Source: Rhynchobatus australiae (lineage: Eukaryota). Taken from it: DNA of 64,000 bases. The notes under the pieces are model-generated. The model was not told the DNA's origin. It saw only the letters and a list, made by a program, of their open reading frames with translations, and searched no databases. Every line of letters starts with the position of its first letter. The stretch's first letter is position 1. Both the position numbers and the translations under genes were made by a program. Positions 1 to 12,810 of the stretch are shown one piece after another. Location: positions 11,719,342-11,783,341 of the forward strand of contig JAUZTB010000066.1 in the NCBI GenBank assembly GCA_034780895.1, in the 5' to 3' direction.

Positions 1-149
1 GGAAGTATCCTGACTCCAGTCTTGTATCAGTGTGCTGCATTTGGGTTCTCTGTGAGTTTGCTCAACATTGTGACATCATATAAGAAGAAATGGTAAGGAT
101 TTGATTTCAGCAAGCTGAACTTGTTAACTCAGCTGTAACTGCACATTTT

Positions 150-270
150 TTGTACGGTGGCATCCGTTAGTCTCGCGAGACCATGGATCTGCGCATCGAG
201 AGTCTTGCTTCAGTCGGTAGTGGTCAAGCAGCATCTGTTATGACTGTAGAGGCCTACACGGGAGTGACAT
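150..270 (-). mobile_element. RTE-clade LINE 3' end fragment
   Basis: ggcatccgttagtctcgcgagaccatggatctgcgc resembles the reverse complement of RTE 3' termini. Confidence 0.5.
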
Positions 271-284
271 TTTTTGTAGTAAAT

Positions 285-478
285 TAAGATAAGATCTCTT
301 TATTAGTCACATGTACATCGAAACACACAGTGCAATGCACCTTTTGAGTAGAGTGTTCTGGGGGCAGCCCGCAAGTGTCGCCACGCTTCCGGCACCAACA
401 TAGCACACCCACAGCTTCCTAACCTGTACGTCTTTGGAATGTGAGAGGAAACTGGAGCACCCAGAGGAAACCCACGAA
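285..478 (-). mobile_element. V-SINE (HE1-like) variant, partial, with catgtgactaataaa tail
   Basis: V-domain (gggtttcctctgggtgctccagtttcctc) on the minus strand; similar to the copy at 19120-19422. Confidence 0.8.
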
Positions 479-1179
479 TTACCTTGGTTACCTGTCCCTT
501 ACTACAATGCCCTTTTGACATGCTGCACAAGCTAATTATGCCTCTTCTGTAGATATATTACAACTACCCAGAGGGAACCCTCTTGGATAAAGTGTGTGCC
601 CCCAAACAGGCCCACTCTTCCAGCAGTGGGAGGGGTGCATTATGTCAGGCAGCTTGGAAACAGGAGAATAATGGGGAGTCTGAATGGTGATGCAGCATAG
701 CATCAAGGCACAGCAAAGTAAACTGGCCTGCACCTGGTAACTTCAGGACTTGCCTCTACCAGGGCTTTCCTTTGTCCTCAGAGTTGATGCATTGATTTAG
801 CTGATGGCCAGAACAATGAAGTTACCTCATCTTGACATAATCACCAGGCTACAAATCACTATCAACATTGTTCCCAGCAGAACACATGCAGACTGAAATA
901 CATCACGTCACACATGANNNNNNNNNNNNGTGGCACTTTGCCCACAACACCAGCAGGATGGTGAAGCCTATGGATACTAATTGTGTCACGTCTACTTACT
1001 TTTCATTAAATATTATTATAATGGTTGCTTCGGATTTTCTCACACTTACCATCAGTTTTAATAAAAGCATAAAAACACAAGAAATAGGAGGTCATCCTGT
1101 CCTTCGAGGGTGTTCCACCATTCATTACACTGATATTCTTCCTCAACGCCATTTTCCTGCACTTTCCCCTGATCTCTTG

Positions 1180-1826
1180 CTTCTCCCTGTTGTGAGTGAA
1201 CCCAATGACTGAGCCAGCACAGCTCTCCAGCGCAGAGAATTTCAAAGATTCACTATCCTCTAAATGAAGAAATCCTTTTCGAGTTCTTCCTAAACAACCT
1301 TTCCTTTTCCTGAGACTCTGACCGCTGGTTGTAAACTCCTCAACCATGGGAAACGTCACCTCTGCATCCAGTCTGTTGAGCTCTAATTAAGTTTTAAATT
1401 TCATTGAAATAGCCTCTCATTTTATCATCTCAAGGAAATACAGATCCATCAAACACACCACCCCTGGAATTAGTATAGTGAATCTTTGCTGCATTTCCTC
1501 CATGTTATGTTTATCCTTTTTAGGTAAGGAGACCAAAACTATACACAATACTCCCTGAAACCACTTTACCATCCAGGTGCAGTCTGACCAAAGTTGTATA
1601 CAATTGCAGTAAGCCATATCTGCTCCTGCGCTCAAATCCACCTATATAAAGGCCAACATACTATTTGCCTTCTCAGTCACTTGCTGAACCTGCATGTTGG
1701 CTTTCAGTGACTGGTGTACAAGGACAACTAGGTCCCTTTGAATATCCAGCATTGCCCAGAATTAAACCCTTCAAAAAAATCCTCTGCTTTTCTGTTTTGT
1801 GCTTCAGAATGAATCACTTCACACTT
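1180..1826 (-). mobile_element. CR1/HER1-like LINE 3' fragment
   Basis: Degenerate RT C-terminal region typical of CR1, with stops and frameshifts. Confidence 0.7.
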
Positions 1827-2629
1827 NNNNNNNNNNNNNNNNNNNNNNNNNNNNNNNNNNNNNNNNNNNNNNNNNNNNNNNNNNNNNNNNNNNNNNNNNN
1901 NNNNNNNNNNNNNNNNNNNNNNNNNNNNNNNNNNNNNNNNNNNNNNNNNNNNNNNNNNNNNNNNNNNNNNNNNNNNNNNNNNNNNNNNNNNNNNNNNNNN
2001 NNNNNNNNNNNNNNNNNNNNNNNNNNNNNNNNNNNNNNNNNNNNNNNNNNNNNNNNNNNNNNNNNNNNNNNNNNNNNNNNNNNNNNNNNNNNNNNNNNNN
2101 NNNNNNNNNNNNNNNNNNNNNNNNNNNNNNNNNNNNNNNNNNNNNNNNNNNNNNNNNNNNNNNNNNNNNNNNNNNNNNNNNNNNNNNNNNNNNNNNNNNN
2201 NNNNNNNNNNNNNNNNNNNNNNNNNNNNNNNNNNNNNNNNNNNNNNNNNNNNNNNNNNNNNNNNNNNNNNNNNNNNNNNNNNNNNNNNNNNNNNNNNNNN
2301 NNNNNNNNNNNNNNNNNNNNNNNNNNNNNNNNNNNNNNNNNNNNNNNNNNNNNNNNNNNNNNNNNNNNNNNNNNNNNNNNNNNNNNNNNNNNNNNNNNNN
2401 NNAGGACATGCAAGCAATCTTGTCGACCAGCCTCTTTCTCTCTGGATCTTGCACATATTAAGAGAATAAGCTGATTTCTTAATATTAGGCTCTTTCAATG
2501 GCTCCACAGGGCGTATGAGACTTGCAGAAGCTGATCATCCCTTCAATAACTCACTGTAACAAAGCATTTTCCTTCCTCTCAGCTGCATGTTACTGCAGCT
2601 CAGATTAGGAGCTTGTCATTTGGATCTTG

Positions 2630-3510
2630 TTTTCTTCAGTCCCTCGGGGTTGAGAATGACTTGCTTACACTCCACTCTGTAGATGTGGAGGTGGCTGATG
2701 AGGCCAATGTAGGATCTATAGATTCAGGCACAGGTGGGCTGGCGGTGCTCGATGGGGCAGAGGGTGATTGCGGTGCACTCCTTCTGCCATTTCCACTGGG
2801 CTTCTGGATGGTCCCGACAAAGGAACTTCTAGTTCTCAATGCCATCCCAGATGCTCCTTCTCCATTTTGAGTTATCAAGGGCCAGGGATTCCCACATGCC
2901 AGTGGAAATGTACTTTCTTCAAGGAGGCTTTGAAGAGATCATCCTCAAAGAGTTTCTGTTGTACTCCTGGAAATCTCCTGCTGTGACAGAGCTCGGGGAA
3001 GAGTGAGTGTTTTGGGAGTCAGGTATCGAGCATGTGAATGACATGGCCCACCCATCAGAGCTGGTTGAATGTTATTAGAGCCTTGGTGTCAGGGATGTTG
3101 GCCTGGGAGAGTACACTGATGTTAGCTCACTGATCATGCCAGAGGATGTGGAGGTTTTTGTAGAGGCAGTGTTGGTGGTACCTCTTCAATGTTCTGAAGT
3201 GCCAGTTGTCGGCAGTCCATGATTCTGTATCATAAATGAGTCAATGATGACTTGAAGCTCAATGCATACACCATCTGCATTCTGCAGCTTGATGATCAAG
3301 TTGGGGTGATCTTGTGAAAGTGATGTCGGTTGAACAATTTCAAATTCATCTTGTAGATTAGCTCCAGTTGAACAGGAAGCTTGTTGGAGGCAGTGCAATA
3401 TTACAGTGAGAAGGGGTTGAAGTGTTGACCTACCCCTGTATAAGCCTAAACCCTCAAGCCAACTAGGGAGTCCTATGATGTGAACTTCTATCCTTTCACT
3501 CCATGGCCCA
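2630..3510 (-). mobile_element. RTE (BovB-like) LINE 3' fragment
   Basis: Terminal cagtccctcggggttgagaatgacttgc, shared with 26795; degenerate RT-end coding. Confidence 0.7.
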
Positions 3511-3671
3511 CCACATTGGTTTATTAAAGATTGCCTGGTGCCGAAAAGTTCATAAATGTCAATAACGCATCAGGTAATATGGTGCTGTCAATAAGCAATA
3601 CTTCGTTCTCCATTAAAATACCTCCTATTTATTGTGCAAACTAAATAGGTTGATGGAACTATTTAGCATTT

Positions 3672-4092
3672 GATGTCCCTGGGCCTGTACTGGATGGAGT
3701 TCAGAAGGATGAGGAGGATCTCATTGAAACCTACCAAATACTAAAAGGCCTGGGTGATGTGGGCATGGAGAGGATGTTTCTATTAGTAGGAGTCTAGGAT
3801 CCGAGGGTACAATCTCAGAATAAAGGGACAACCCTTTAGGACTGAGATGAGGAGGAATTTCTTCAGCCAGAGGGTAGTGAGTCTGTGGAATTCATTGCCA
3901 CGAAGGGCTGTGGAGGCCAAGTCACTGGGTGTATTTAAGGCAGAGATTGATAGGTTCTTGATTGGTAAGGTGTTTAAGGGTTACAGGGAGAAGCCAAAAG
4001 GATGGGTTTGAGAAAAAAAATCAGCAATGATTGAGTGGCGGAGCAGACTCGATGGGCTGAATGGTCTAATTCTGCTCCTGTATATTATGGTC
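3672..4092 (+). mobile_element. CR1/HER1-like LINE 3' fragment
   Basis: gagttcagaaggatgagg...ctcattgaaacctacc...gggctgaatggtctaattctgctcct tail. Confidence 0.85.
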
Positions 4093-4721
4093 AAACAATG
4101 TGTCTCATTTATTCCACTTAACCTCACCCCTTATTAACTGCTCCACTTGATGTATGGGGTGCCTCATGATGGAAATCTGAGCAACCTTGTTAATGAGATG
4201 CCATTCGGTCTTTAGCATGATCTGGGGTCTGATGGCTATAGCCCAGTGATGCCTCTGAGCCAAGTTATGACAAAATGGTAATTTTATATGTTTGTTATTT
4301 AATGTAAGGGAGTAGATATTTAGATTAGCATGGCTTGTTGGGGTGACAGGAAAACAGGAGGAACATTCATTTGATATGTCACACAGCCTAATCCTTCAAC
4401 CCATGATCCATGGAGTGGCTGTATTTTGTATACTGACATGCATTCGTGGTAATATTTCAAGTCTTCAAAGCCCCAGGGTGCACAAAAACGTGTTCAAATG
4501 AATACCTGACACAGATGAGAACCTCCAACCCTACAATTGCTCCACAANNNNNNNNNNNNNNNNNNNNNNNNNNNNNNNNNNNNNNNNNNNNNNNNNNNNN
4601 NNNNNNNNNNNNNNNNNNNNNNNNNNNNNNNNNNNNNNNNNNNNNNNCAAATGAATACCTGACACAGATGAGAAACTCCAACCCTACAATTGCTCCACAA
4701 AATTTAGGTGACGCAAGGGAA

Positions 4722-5412
4722 TAAGAACATAAATAGAAGCAGGATTAGGCCACTTGGCCCCTTGTACTGATCCGCCATTAGAAAGTTCATGGCTGACCTT
4801 TTACCTCAGTGCTTCTTTCCTGCACTAACCAGATATCCCCTGATTCCCTTTGTATCTAGAAAAATCCATTGACCTCTTTTTTGAATTTACTCAGCAACTG
4901 AGCCTCCATGGCACTCTTGGACAGAGAATTTCACAGGTTCACTACCTTCTTGGTGGAAAGGTTTCTCCTCGTCTGTTTTGACTGGCTGACCTCTTACTTT
5001 GACACTTTGACCCCTGGTTCTAGACACCTCAGCCAAGAGAAACATCAACTCTACAATTACTCTGTCAAGCCCCTTGGGAATTTTGTATGTCCCAATGTGA
5101 TCACCCCTCATTCTTCTAAATTCTAGTGAGTATAGGCCTAGTCTGCTTAATCTCTCCTTATGTGACAAACCTACCATCCCATGAATCAATCTGGTGAGCC
5201 TTCGCTGAACTCCCTCCTGTAGTAAGCATATGCGCCCTTCTGTAGACGTCTTGGATCTGGTTCAGTCCCACTAGAGTTCCATACAAATGGGCCAAGGTGT
5301 CCTTACTGTTGTACTCAAATCCTCTTGCAATAAAGACTAACAAACATTTTGACTTTCTAATTGCTTGCTGTACCTGCGTGTTAACTTGCAGTGATTAATA
5401 ATGTATAAGAAC
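4722..5412 (-). mobile_element. CR1/HER1-like LINE 3' fragment
   Basis: ORF 4887-5189: GLSHKERLSRLGLYSLEFRRMRGD, a classic CR1 RT C-terminus. Confidence 0.88.
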
Positions 5413-5789
5413 CAACTGAACGTCCACTGACAACAAGATCCTCAAAGAAAACATTTTCCTTGGAATCTTTACCACATCTAATAAAATCATTTTACCATCA
5501 CATTCTTTCTGTTAGAGATTTTGTTCAACGTTTCTTAACTTTTTTGTGGATAAATATGTGGGGGATTATATTTTGGCAGTATGTTTTTCTTTAATTATTG
5601 TGCTATATGGTTGTGACTGTCACCCTCTTTGCCTTCACTCAGAACATATTGCTCTTAGTGCTCTGTTGGGGAGTGAAGCAGTCAGGTGGGAAAAAATGGT
5701 CCTAAAATGTCATTCTTGTTCCAACTTTCAGTAGATTTTAGGTTGGCCAGGTCTTGTGAAGGTAAGATCAAATATAACGCTGGGTTAGG

Positions 5790-6212
5790 ATGTGCCTCCT
5801 AAAATCATGGAAGTGCACTAGGAGGCCAGTCAACCATCATATCCATACTAGATTGAAAAGGAGCTCTCCACCTAATTCCACTTCCCAGGTGTTAATCTGT
5901 ATGCTTGTAGGTTATGACATTTCAGGTGCTGTTCCATTTACTTTTTATATGTGCTGAGGGTTCTTGCCTCCAACACCCATTCATTGGCAGTGAGTTCCAG
6001 ATCCCCACCACTCGCTGAGCAAAAGAACATCCAGTTTGGACACCTTAAATCCTCCTCAAGACTGGCTATTCTGTAAAGGTAAATGGATACTTCCTGTCCA
6101 TTCTGTCTAGGTCCTTAATAATTTTATGTACCCTGATTACATCACCCCCAGCCTCTGTTGACCCAAAGAAAACAATCCCAATCCAGAATTTGCTCAAAAT
6201 GAAAGTTCCCCA
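5790..6212 (-). mobile_element. CR1-like LINE 3' fragment
   Basis: GDVIRVHKIIKDLDRMD in the minus-strand ORF. Confidence 0.65.
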
Positions 6213-6269
6213 AATAAGGACTTTAATAATGGAAGTGGTGCAAGGTGAGTGATACCAGTTCAGGGCAAT

Positions 6270-6608
6270 GCAAGTCGAGTCGAGTTTATTGTTATCTGCA
6301 CAAGTACATGTACGCACAGGTGCAATGAAAAACTTGCAGCAGCATCACAGGCACAATGCATTGTATAAGCAGCATTCACAAGAAAAACATAAATCTAATT
6401 CTACAAATTTTTACAAGAAAAGTACACAATTAGGACAAAAAAATAAAATCCATTTTAGTGCAAAGTAATCAAAGTGGTCATAGTGTTGCTGCACTGAGGT
6501 AGTGATTAGGGTTGTGCCATTTAGTTCAAGAATTGAATGGCTGAAGGGAGGTAACTGTTCTTGAGCCTGCTGGTGTGGGACTTCAGGCTTTTGTACCTCC
6601 TCCCCGAT
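6270..6608 (-). mobile_element. Rex1/Babar-like LINE 3' end
   Basis: Reverse-complement match to 28925-29230; aataaactcgact tail. Confidence 0.7.
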
Positions 6609-6849
6609 ACAAGTGGTTACAGATTCATGAGAATCTTTGATGCCTTTTTCCTGATGATAACCACCACACCTCCCTGCCTTGGCACGTCAGGCCGACAGCA
6701 GCCACAACGAACTGTCCCTATGTGTCCAAGGCCAGTTGTCATCTGATGCAAGGCCACTGGCAGTCACAATGCAGCAGAATGCAGTGTCACTGTGGTCAAA
6801 CTTACCAGGTCACTACCCAGAGCTCAGCATTATCAATTTGCAGGTAATC

Positions 6850-7135
6850 ACCACGGCAGATGAGGAAGTTTAAATTCAATTAATTAAATAAATCTTGAAC
6901 TTTAAAAAAGCTGGTGCCACCAGTCTGTGATTAACAACCCATTGAGTTCACTAAAGTCTTTCAGGGAAAGAAACCTGCCATCCATAGCCGTCTGGCACAC
7001 TTGTGAGTGCAGACTCTGGATCTGCATGAATGAGGATGACTCTTGGTTGCCCTCTGAGCTGGTTACAGGGGGCTATTAAGGTTGGGCAATAAGTGTTTCT
7101 GCCCACCCAGTGATGTTCACACCCTGTGAGTGAAA
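6850..7135 (+). mobile_element. tRNA-derived SINE family B fragment
   Basis: tttaaattcaattaattaaataaatc...gttcactaa...tcagggaa motif shared with copies at ~10705, 11185, 14940, 20070, 27400 and 59460. Confidence 0.65.
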
Positions 7136-7167
7136 TGTTACGTCTGAGGAGATCACTTCAACACTTA

Positions 7168-7516
7168 AAGGGTGCCAGAGTAGTGCAGCTGGTAGTGACA
7201 CTGTCTCACAGTGCCAGAGATACACGGTTCAATCCTGACGCTGGGTCTGTATGTGTGGAGTTTGCACATTTCCCTGTGTCCACATGGGTTTCCTGTGGGT
7301 GCTCTGGTTTCCTCCCACATTCCAAAGGTTAATTGTCCACTGTAAGTTGCCCCTAGAGTGTAGGTGAGAGGTAGAATCCGGGGGGAGTTAAAGAGAATGT
7401 GGGGAGAATAAAATGGGATGAATGTAGCATTAGTGTAAAAAGGGTGGTTTAAGGGCAGTGCAGACTTGATGGGTTGAAGGGCCTGTTTCTGTGCTGTATT
7501 TCTCTATGACTCTATG
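7168..7516 (+). mobile_element. HE1 V-SINE with CR1-type tail
   Basis: tRNA-like head, V-domain gtgtggagtttgcacatt..., tail gggcctgtttctgtgctgtat...ctctatgactctatga. Confidence 0.9.
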
Positions 7517-8139
7517 AACTGATGTACCAAAGACTCCTCTGCAGGAAGGGAAACACGGAGAGCCAAAGAGATTCACTCACGCTACACATTACACCGATTT
7601 CATCAATCGTGAAACTAAAGACTAGATATAGGTTTACCCTGCCATTTACATTTAGACTTAATTTGTGAAGGACAATTGTATCATTTGATGTTTATCCAGA
7701 ATTACTTTGTCGTCTCCCTCTTTGGCGAGGGCAAGAAATACCAGGGGGTTGACATTGTCTGAAAGCTGTGGGAACTCCCTGTCTAGATCTTCGGCGACTA
7801 TCTCCTTANNNNNNNNNNGGGTATTAGTTTAACCTATCTGCCATTTTCTTGGTTTTCTTTTTGGCTCAGGGCCAAGTTGTCATAGGAGCAATGACTAATT
7901 GTAGAGATTGGCTGGAGATGGTGTATGCAGCCATTGTCCTGCACTGCTGGCTGAATCTGTGGTGGTTCCTGGCCCTTTTGAACGGGGCCTTACAGAATGC
8001 GAACGTTCTCTGTATGTGTCAGTTGTGTCTCAGTTCTAGCACCCTTTTCTTCCACTCAGCAAATCATGGGTTCAGATCCCATTGGTGAGGTTTGAGGATC
8101 TAAATCCTGGCTGGTGTTCCAATAGTGAGTGTTGTAGTT

Positions 8140-8460
8140 GGTTTCTTTTGGATGAAAAAGCTGAAATCCTGCCTCCCCTCATTAGTGGATATAAAAGATC
8201 CAAGGGTACTATATGGAGGAGCAGGAGATCGATCCCTGCTGTCCTGGACCAATATTTATCCCTTACTAAATGAACAGATGGTTTAATTATTGGCACAATG
8301 CTGTCTGCTGGATCTTGGTATACACACATTGGTTGTCATGTCTTGTATGTTATAACTTTGATTAAATTTCAAAAACACTTCATAGGCTGGAAATTCTTTA
8401 AAGGCACCCTACAAAAGAATGTGAAAGGTGCTATGTTAATGGAAGTCTTTCTTTCCCTTT
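8140..8460 (+). mobile_element. Deu-domain SINE (SacSINE1/AmnSINE-like)
   Basis: gtggatataaaagatcc...gtcctggaccaatatttatccc...aaaggtgctat...aagtctttcttt. Confidence 0.75.
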
Positions 8461-9169
8461 ATATGCAGTGGGTTTGCTGTGACCTCATTACCATGACTTT
8501 ATTGGTCTGGTTATTTTTCCTGTTGCTCTGACAACCTTGGATAAATGGGCTCATTACTTTTATCACACGGTGTCGGCTCATTTTCCCGTCGGTGCTCAGA
8601 CAGAATTTGAATCTGTAATTCATGTAAATGAAGCAATTACTATTAGCACTTCCATTTGTAGCCAATCTGGCAATTTTATTTCATGACATGTACCTAAATA
8701 AAATAGCACTTCGAGAACTCTGCTTTAAACAAAGTGCGTCAGCTACAAGTTCCTTTCCTCTGCTACCATAATGAGATATTTTTGTCCTGCTTACAATCCC
8801 TTCAGGTTNNNNNNNNNNNNNNNNNNNNNNNNNNNNNNNNNNNNNNNNNNNNNNNNNNNNNNNNNNNNNNNNNNNNNNNNNNNNNNNNNNNNNNNNNNNN
8901 NNNNNNNNATCCCTTCAGGTTTCCAATTTGACCTCAAGAGAAAGGTAGTGACACTTGGATTTATATAGTCCCTGCCATAACCTGGGATCTTTTACATTCA
9001 CTGGAAAAAAACACACAAGGCTTAATGAGGTCGCAGTTAGAAGATGAAATGAACTAAAAAGGTGCAGCCACAGTAGCTTTTTTAAAAAAATCTTTTATGT
9101 AAAGTACTTCCAAGATATTTGGAAGGGAAAAGAATGGCCTGATGTCGAGATGTAGTGGGAAATTTATGA

Positions 9170-9640
9170 TTTATTTTCACTGGTACATGAGATGTGGGGT
9201 TCATGGCAAGGTCAGCATTTAATGGCCAGTCTGTGTTGCCCTTGACAAGCTGGTGGTGAGTCACCTTCTTGATCTGCTGCAGTCTTTTATTGGAGGGAGT
9301 TCCAGGATGGTGGGTGGGTCGGAGAGGTGATGTCCCCATGCGCCTGCTGCTCTTGTCCTTCCAGGTGATAGAAGTTGCTGATTTGGGAGGGTGCTGTTGA
9401 AGAAACGTGGACAAGTTGCTGCATTTGTGGAGGGTTTGTGTGCAGCCATGGTGCACCAGTGGTAGAAGGAGGGAGCGTTCAGTGTGGTGGGCAGGGAGCC
9501 CACCAAATAAGCAACAATTTCCGACTAAGCTTCATGTGTGATTGGGAGTTGCTCTCATTCAGGCAAAGGGAAAATACCCCATCACACCCTTGCCTTGTGC
9601 CTTCTAGATGTGGAAAGTTGAGAGGTGAGGCTGCTTGAGT
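9170..9640 (-). mobile_element. CR1/L2-superclade LINE 3' end (shares its tail with SINE family B)
   Basis: Similar to 25650-25990; tail caccaccagcttgtcaagggcaa...aaatgctg...ccacatc on the minus strand. Confidence 0.65.
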
Positions 9641-10704
9641 AAACTTACGTTCACAATTGTGAAACGGGAATTGGGGTTCAGAGCGGGTGGCTGAGCCTGT
9701 TGAGTATAGCGTAACTGCACCAAGATTTTTTAAATGGAATTCTGGAACTTGTACAAGGTATTTGTGGCTAATAATGTAGATTGCATAATGCATTGTTCCA
9801 TTCACCTTATGATAGCATTAACGACGGTGGAGTTTCCTGAGATGATCAAGTAGACTGTTGCCGTAAGTCTAGAAAAGCTTAATGAAAGGTTATGCACAAA
9901 TCAGCCCTGACTTTAGGTGGAATGTCTTGGCCAGTTTTGAATGGTGCAAAGCCTCCACCTGCCATCACAGTGCTCATCGTTATAATGGAATCAGGACTGC
10001 TGTTGGGAAAGAAGAGGACACTGGGTGGTGGATTCTGTATTAGGAGGGTTTTGGTATTTCCTTTTCTCAGGCCCATCAGGGAGGTTCCTTGTCCAGGGAT
10101 ATAAAGTGTAACGTGCTGTTAATTATATATGGAGGAGGAATGAAGGGTAACGAGTCTGCCTGGATCCTTAACAATCATATAATTCATCTGGAGAAATTGT
10201 AGGATCGGCCCTTTTACACAGCACGCAAGGAGCAGACAGCTTGGAGTTTCTGAAGGAGTGGCCCAGAGACTACGACAAACCCAAACCCCTGCTGGGACAA
10301 AAGCCCCCAGGGTTATTGGCACCCAGCCATGCATGCAATGTTTCAGGCACATGATGAGTTGCGCCCCACCTGGAGAACCCAGCCGATTCATGATTGGAGG
10401 GCATCAGTGAGTGTGATTTTGGCATGACAGCCAGGATTGCCCTTTGAGCACCAGTGCAATTGATCTTTTACTGTAGTTGAAATCAAATTCTAACCTGTTG
10501 ACCTAATTAATTTACTATCTAATTGAATAAAAGATCTGGCATGGGAGGAGTGAACAACAGGTATGCATTCCCTTAAGTTTACAGCACAGAAACAAGCCAT
10601 TTGGCCTAACTCATCAATGCAAGTGTTTAAGTTCCACATGAGCCTCCTCCAGCCCTTTTATCTACGTTTTCTTCTGTTCCCTTTATGCCCCTTATGCTCA
10701 TGAC

Positions 10705-11140
10705 AGCATTGTGGTTATGTTGCTGGACTATTGACCAGAAGATAGAGTTCAAATCTCACCATGGTGGTCGGGGATTTAAATTCAAGCTACTAAATATGAA
10801 TTTTGGAATTAAGCAGCTAGCATCAATATTGGTGATCATGGACTATAATAAAAACCTATCTGGTGGACCCATGCATTTAAAGGAAGAAAATTTCTGACCT
10901 TACGCAATCTTCCCTGTTGTAACTCATGTGAGTTCCTCTTAACCACCTCTGGAAGATGCTGGAATTCTGAAATAAAACAGAAAATGCTGGAAACACTCAG
11001 AGGTCAGGCTGCCTCTGTGGAAAGAGAAATAGAGTTAAAGTTTCAGCTTGAAGAGCTGCCGTTAGAATTCACCATTCAGTTCAAGAGTAATTAATGCTGG
11101 AGCTGCCAGTGATTCCCAAGTTCCCACGATAAGTAAAAAA
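10705..11140 (+). mobile_element. SINE family B with a Penelope-like fragment (~10950-11070) inserted
   Basis: gtggttatgttgctggacta...gagttcaaatc head; gatgctggaattctgaaataaaacagaaaatgctgg insert. Confidence 0.65.
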
Positions 11141-11184
11141 TAATCTCACCTCCCCTTAAGTGTGTCAAGTAGTTTGGCTAGTTG

Positions 11185-11560
11185 GATATGGTGGTGTAGT
11201 GGTTAAGTTATTGGAATGACAGCCAGAGTTCTGGATCATCAACCCAGAGACATGAGTTGAAATCCTATCGCAGTGGCTGCTGCGATTAAATAATTATGGA
11301 AATGTTTTAAATGGCTGGTATCGGGAGCAGTATATTGCTCCAGATTCCAGCATCTGCAGAATTTCCATGTCTCTGTATTCATAAAACCTGTTTGGTTCAC
11401 TAATGACCTTCAAAGAAAGAAATATGCCACCTTTACCCAGTTTAACTTACAGGTACCTGCAGACACACTGTTATGGTTGATCTTAACTCCCTCGTAACTT
11501 GGGGTGGATAATGCCTGCTGGCTTTTCCAGTCACATCCATATTCTGCAAATGAATAAATA
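11185..11560 (+). mobile_element. SINE family B
   Basis: tggtggtgtagtggttaagttattgg A-box-like head, gagttgaaatcc B-box-like motif, aatgaataaataaa tail. Confidence 0.65.
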
Positions 11561-12287
11561 AACATTCAAATTTGAGATGATGGAATCTCATCTTATTTTT
11601 CAATACATCACTTTTTTTTTGGTAATGTTGGCTTTTATTTTCAGGATTAAAGTAACACCTTTAGTAAGACAAAAGTTGTTCTGAAACAAGTGGCTCCATG
11701 GTTTGGCTGCTAAGGTGCTGCCTCAGTCAAAGGCTGAGCACCCAGCCAATGTTTTGGGCCCTCTGTCTTAGTTGGCCGCTCAGGAACCTGCAGGTTGACT
11801 TCAATCANNNNNNNNNNNNNNNNNNNNNNNNNNNNNNNNNNNNNNNNNNNNNNNNNNNNNNNNNNNNNNNNNNNNNNNNNNNNNNNNNNNNNNNNNNNNN
11901 NNNNNNNNNNNNNNNNNNNNNNNNNNNNNNNNNNNNNNNNNNNNNNNNNNNNNNNNNNNNNNNNNNNNNNNNNNNNNNNNNNNNNNNNNNNNNNNNNNNN
12001 NNNNNNNNNNNNNNNNNNNNNNNNNNNNNNNNNNNNNNNNNNNNNNNNNNNNNNNNNNNNNGCATCAAGTTGTATGTTTTGTTGACACATCAAAGAATAA
12101 AGAAAGACAATTGAACACACAGTCTAAGTTTTGACCTATTGCCAAGATGCACAGAAGGCTGTGTGATCTCTCAGTTGAAATATATTTAATATGAGAGTCA
12201 GCCTACCTGGGTCCAAAGTGAGTGGGAGTATCAATAAGAAGGTAAACGAGTCTGCATATCTGTACAAATCAAAATGGTCTAGAGGAT

Positions 12288-12336
12288 ATGTATATATTAT
12301 ATATATATAGCCCACACATTATATATATTATATATA
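12288..12336. repeat. Imperfect (TA)n microsatellite
   Basis: Seen directly. Confidence 0.7.
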
Positions 12337-12484
12337 AAATGAAAGGATTCATGAATCTGTGGAAGGCATTGTAGGTTATTCTGTCACTCTTAGGTTGTCC
12401 TATTTGAGAGGGAAGCACTTGTTTCCTGCCTTTTCTTCAGTGATACTTGAATAAAGAGGTGATTTGAGGCAATTTTATTTTCTG

Positions 12485-12810
12485 TGTCAGGTGTGGTTCA
12501 GTTGCTGGAAATGTTGCTTCTGAGTTGTGTTTTCAAGTCTCCCTGAGCACAAACACAAATGTAGGACTGAGGGAATGCTGCACAGTCAGAGGAGCCGTTC
12601 AGATGAGAGGTTAAATGGAAGCTTCACCTGTTCTTTCAGGTGGCTGTAACAGAGGGGGTGATTACATTGCTCGCTGTGGGAGCTTGTTATGCACAAATTG
12701 TATGCTCCATTCCCTACACTACAACAAAGACTGCACTTGAAAAATAAGTAATTGTCTGGATAGTAGTTTGAGACTGCAAGGTGCTATATAAATTCAAGCC
12801 TTTTCCACTT
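12485..12810 (+). mobile_element. Deu-domain SINE
   Basis: actgagggaatgctgcacagtcagagg...gatgagaggttaaa...tgtgggagcttg...aaggtgctatataaat. Confidence 0.8.

Noticed and set aside
1665-2507. Long ORFs in the ORF track spanning N runs (also ~26000, ~27600, ~46300)
   Set aside because: Their length is due to X residues from gaps; no coding signal
4496-4699. Direct repeats flanking 100-N gaps (also at 8796-8921, 16932-17079, 21324-21465, 24782-24917, 51275-51390) that could look like repeat-spacer arrays or TSDs
   Set aside because: Each is a contig-overlap duplication around a fixed 100-N gap. The first pair differs by one base, likely a heterozygous site. Assembly artefact, not CRISPR.
11185-11270. 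tRNA-like sequence tggtggtgtagtggttaag...gagttgaaatcc
   Set aside because: Degenerate SINE head continuing into a SINE body; no cloverleaf
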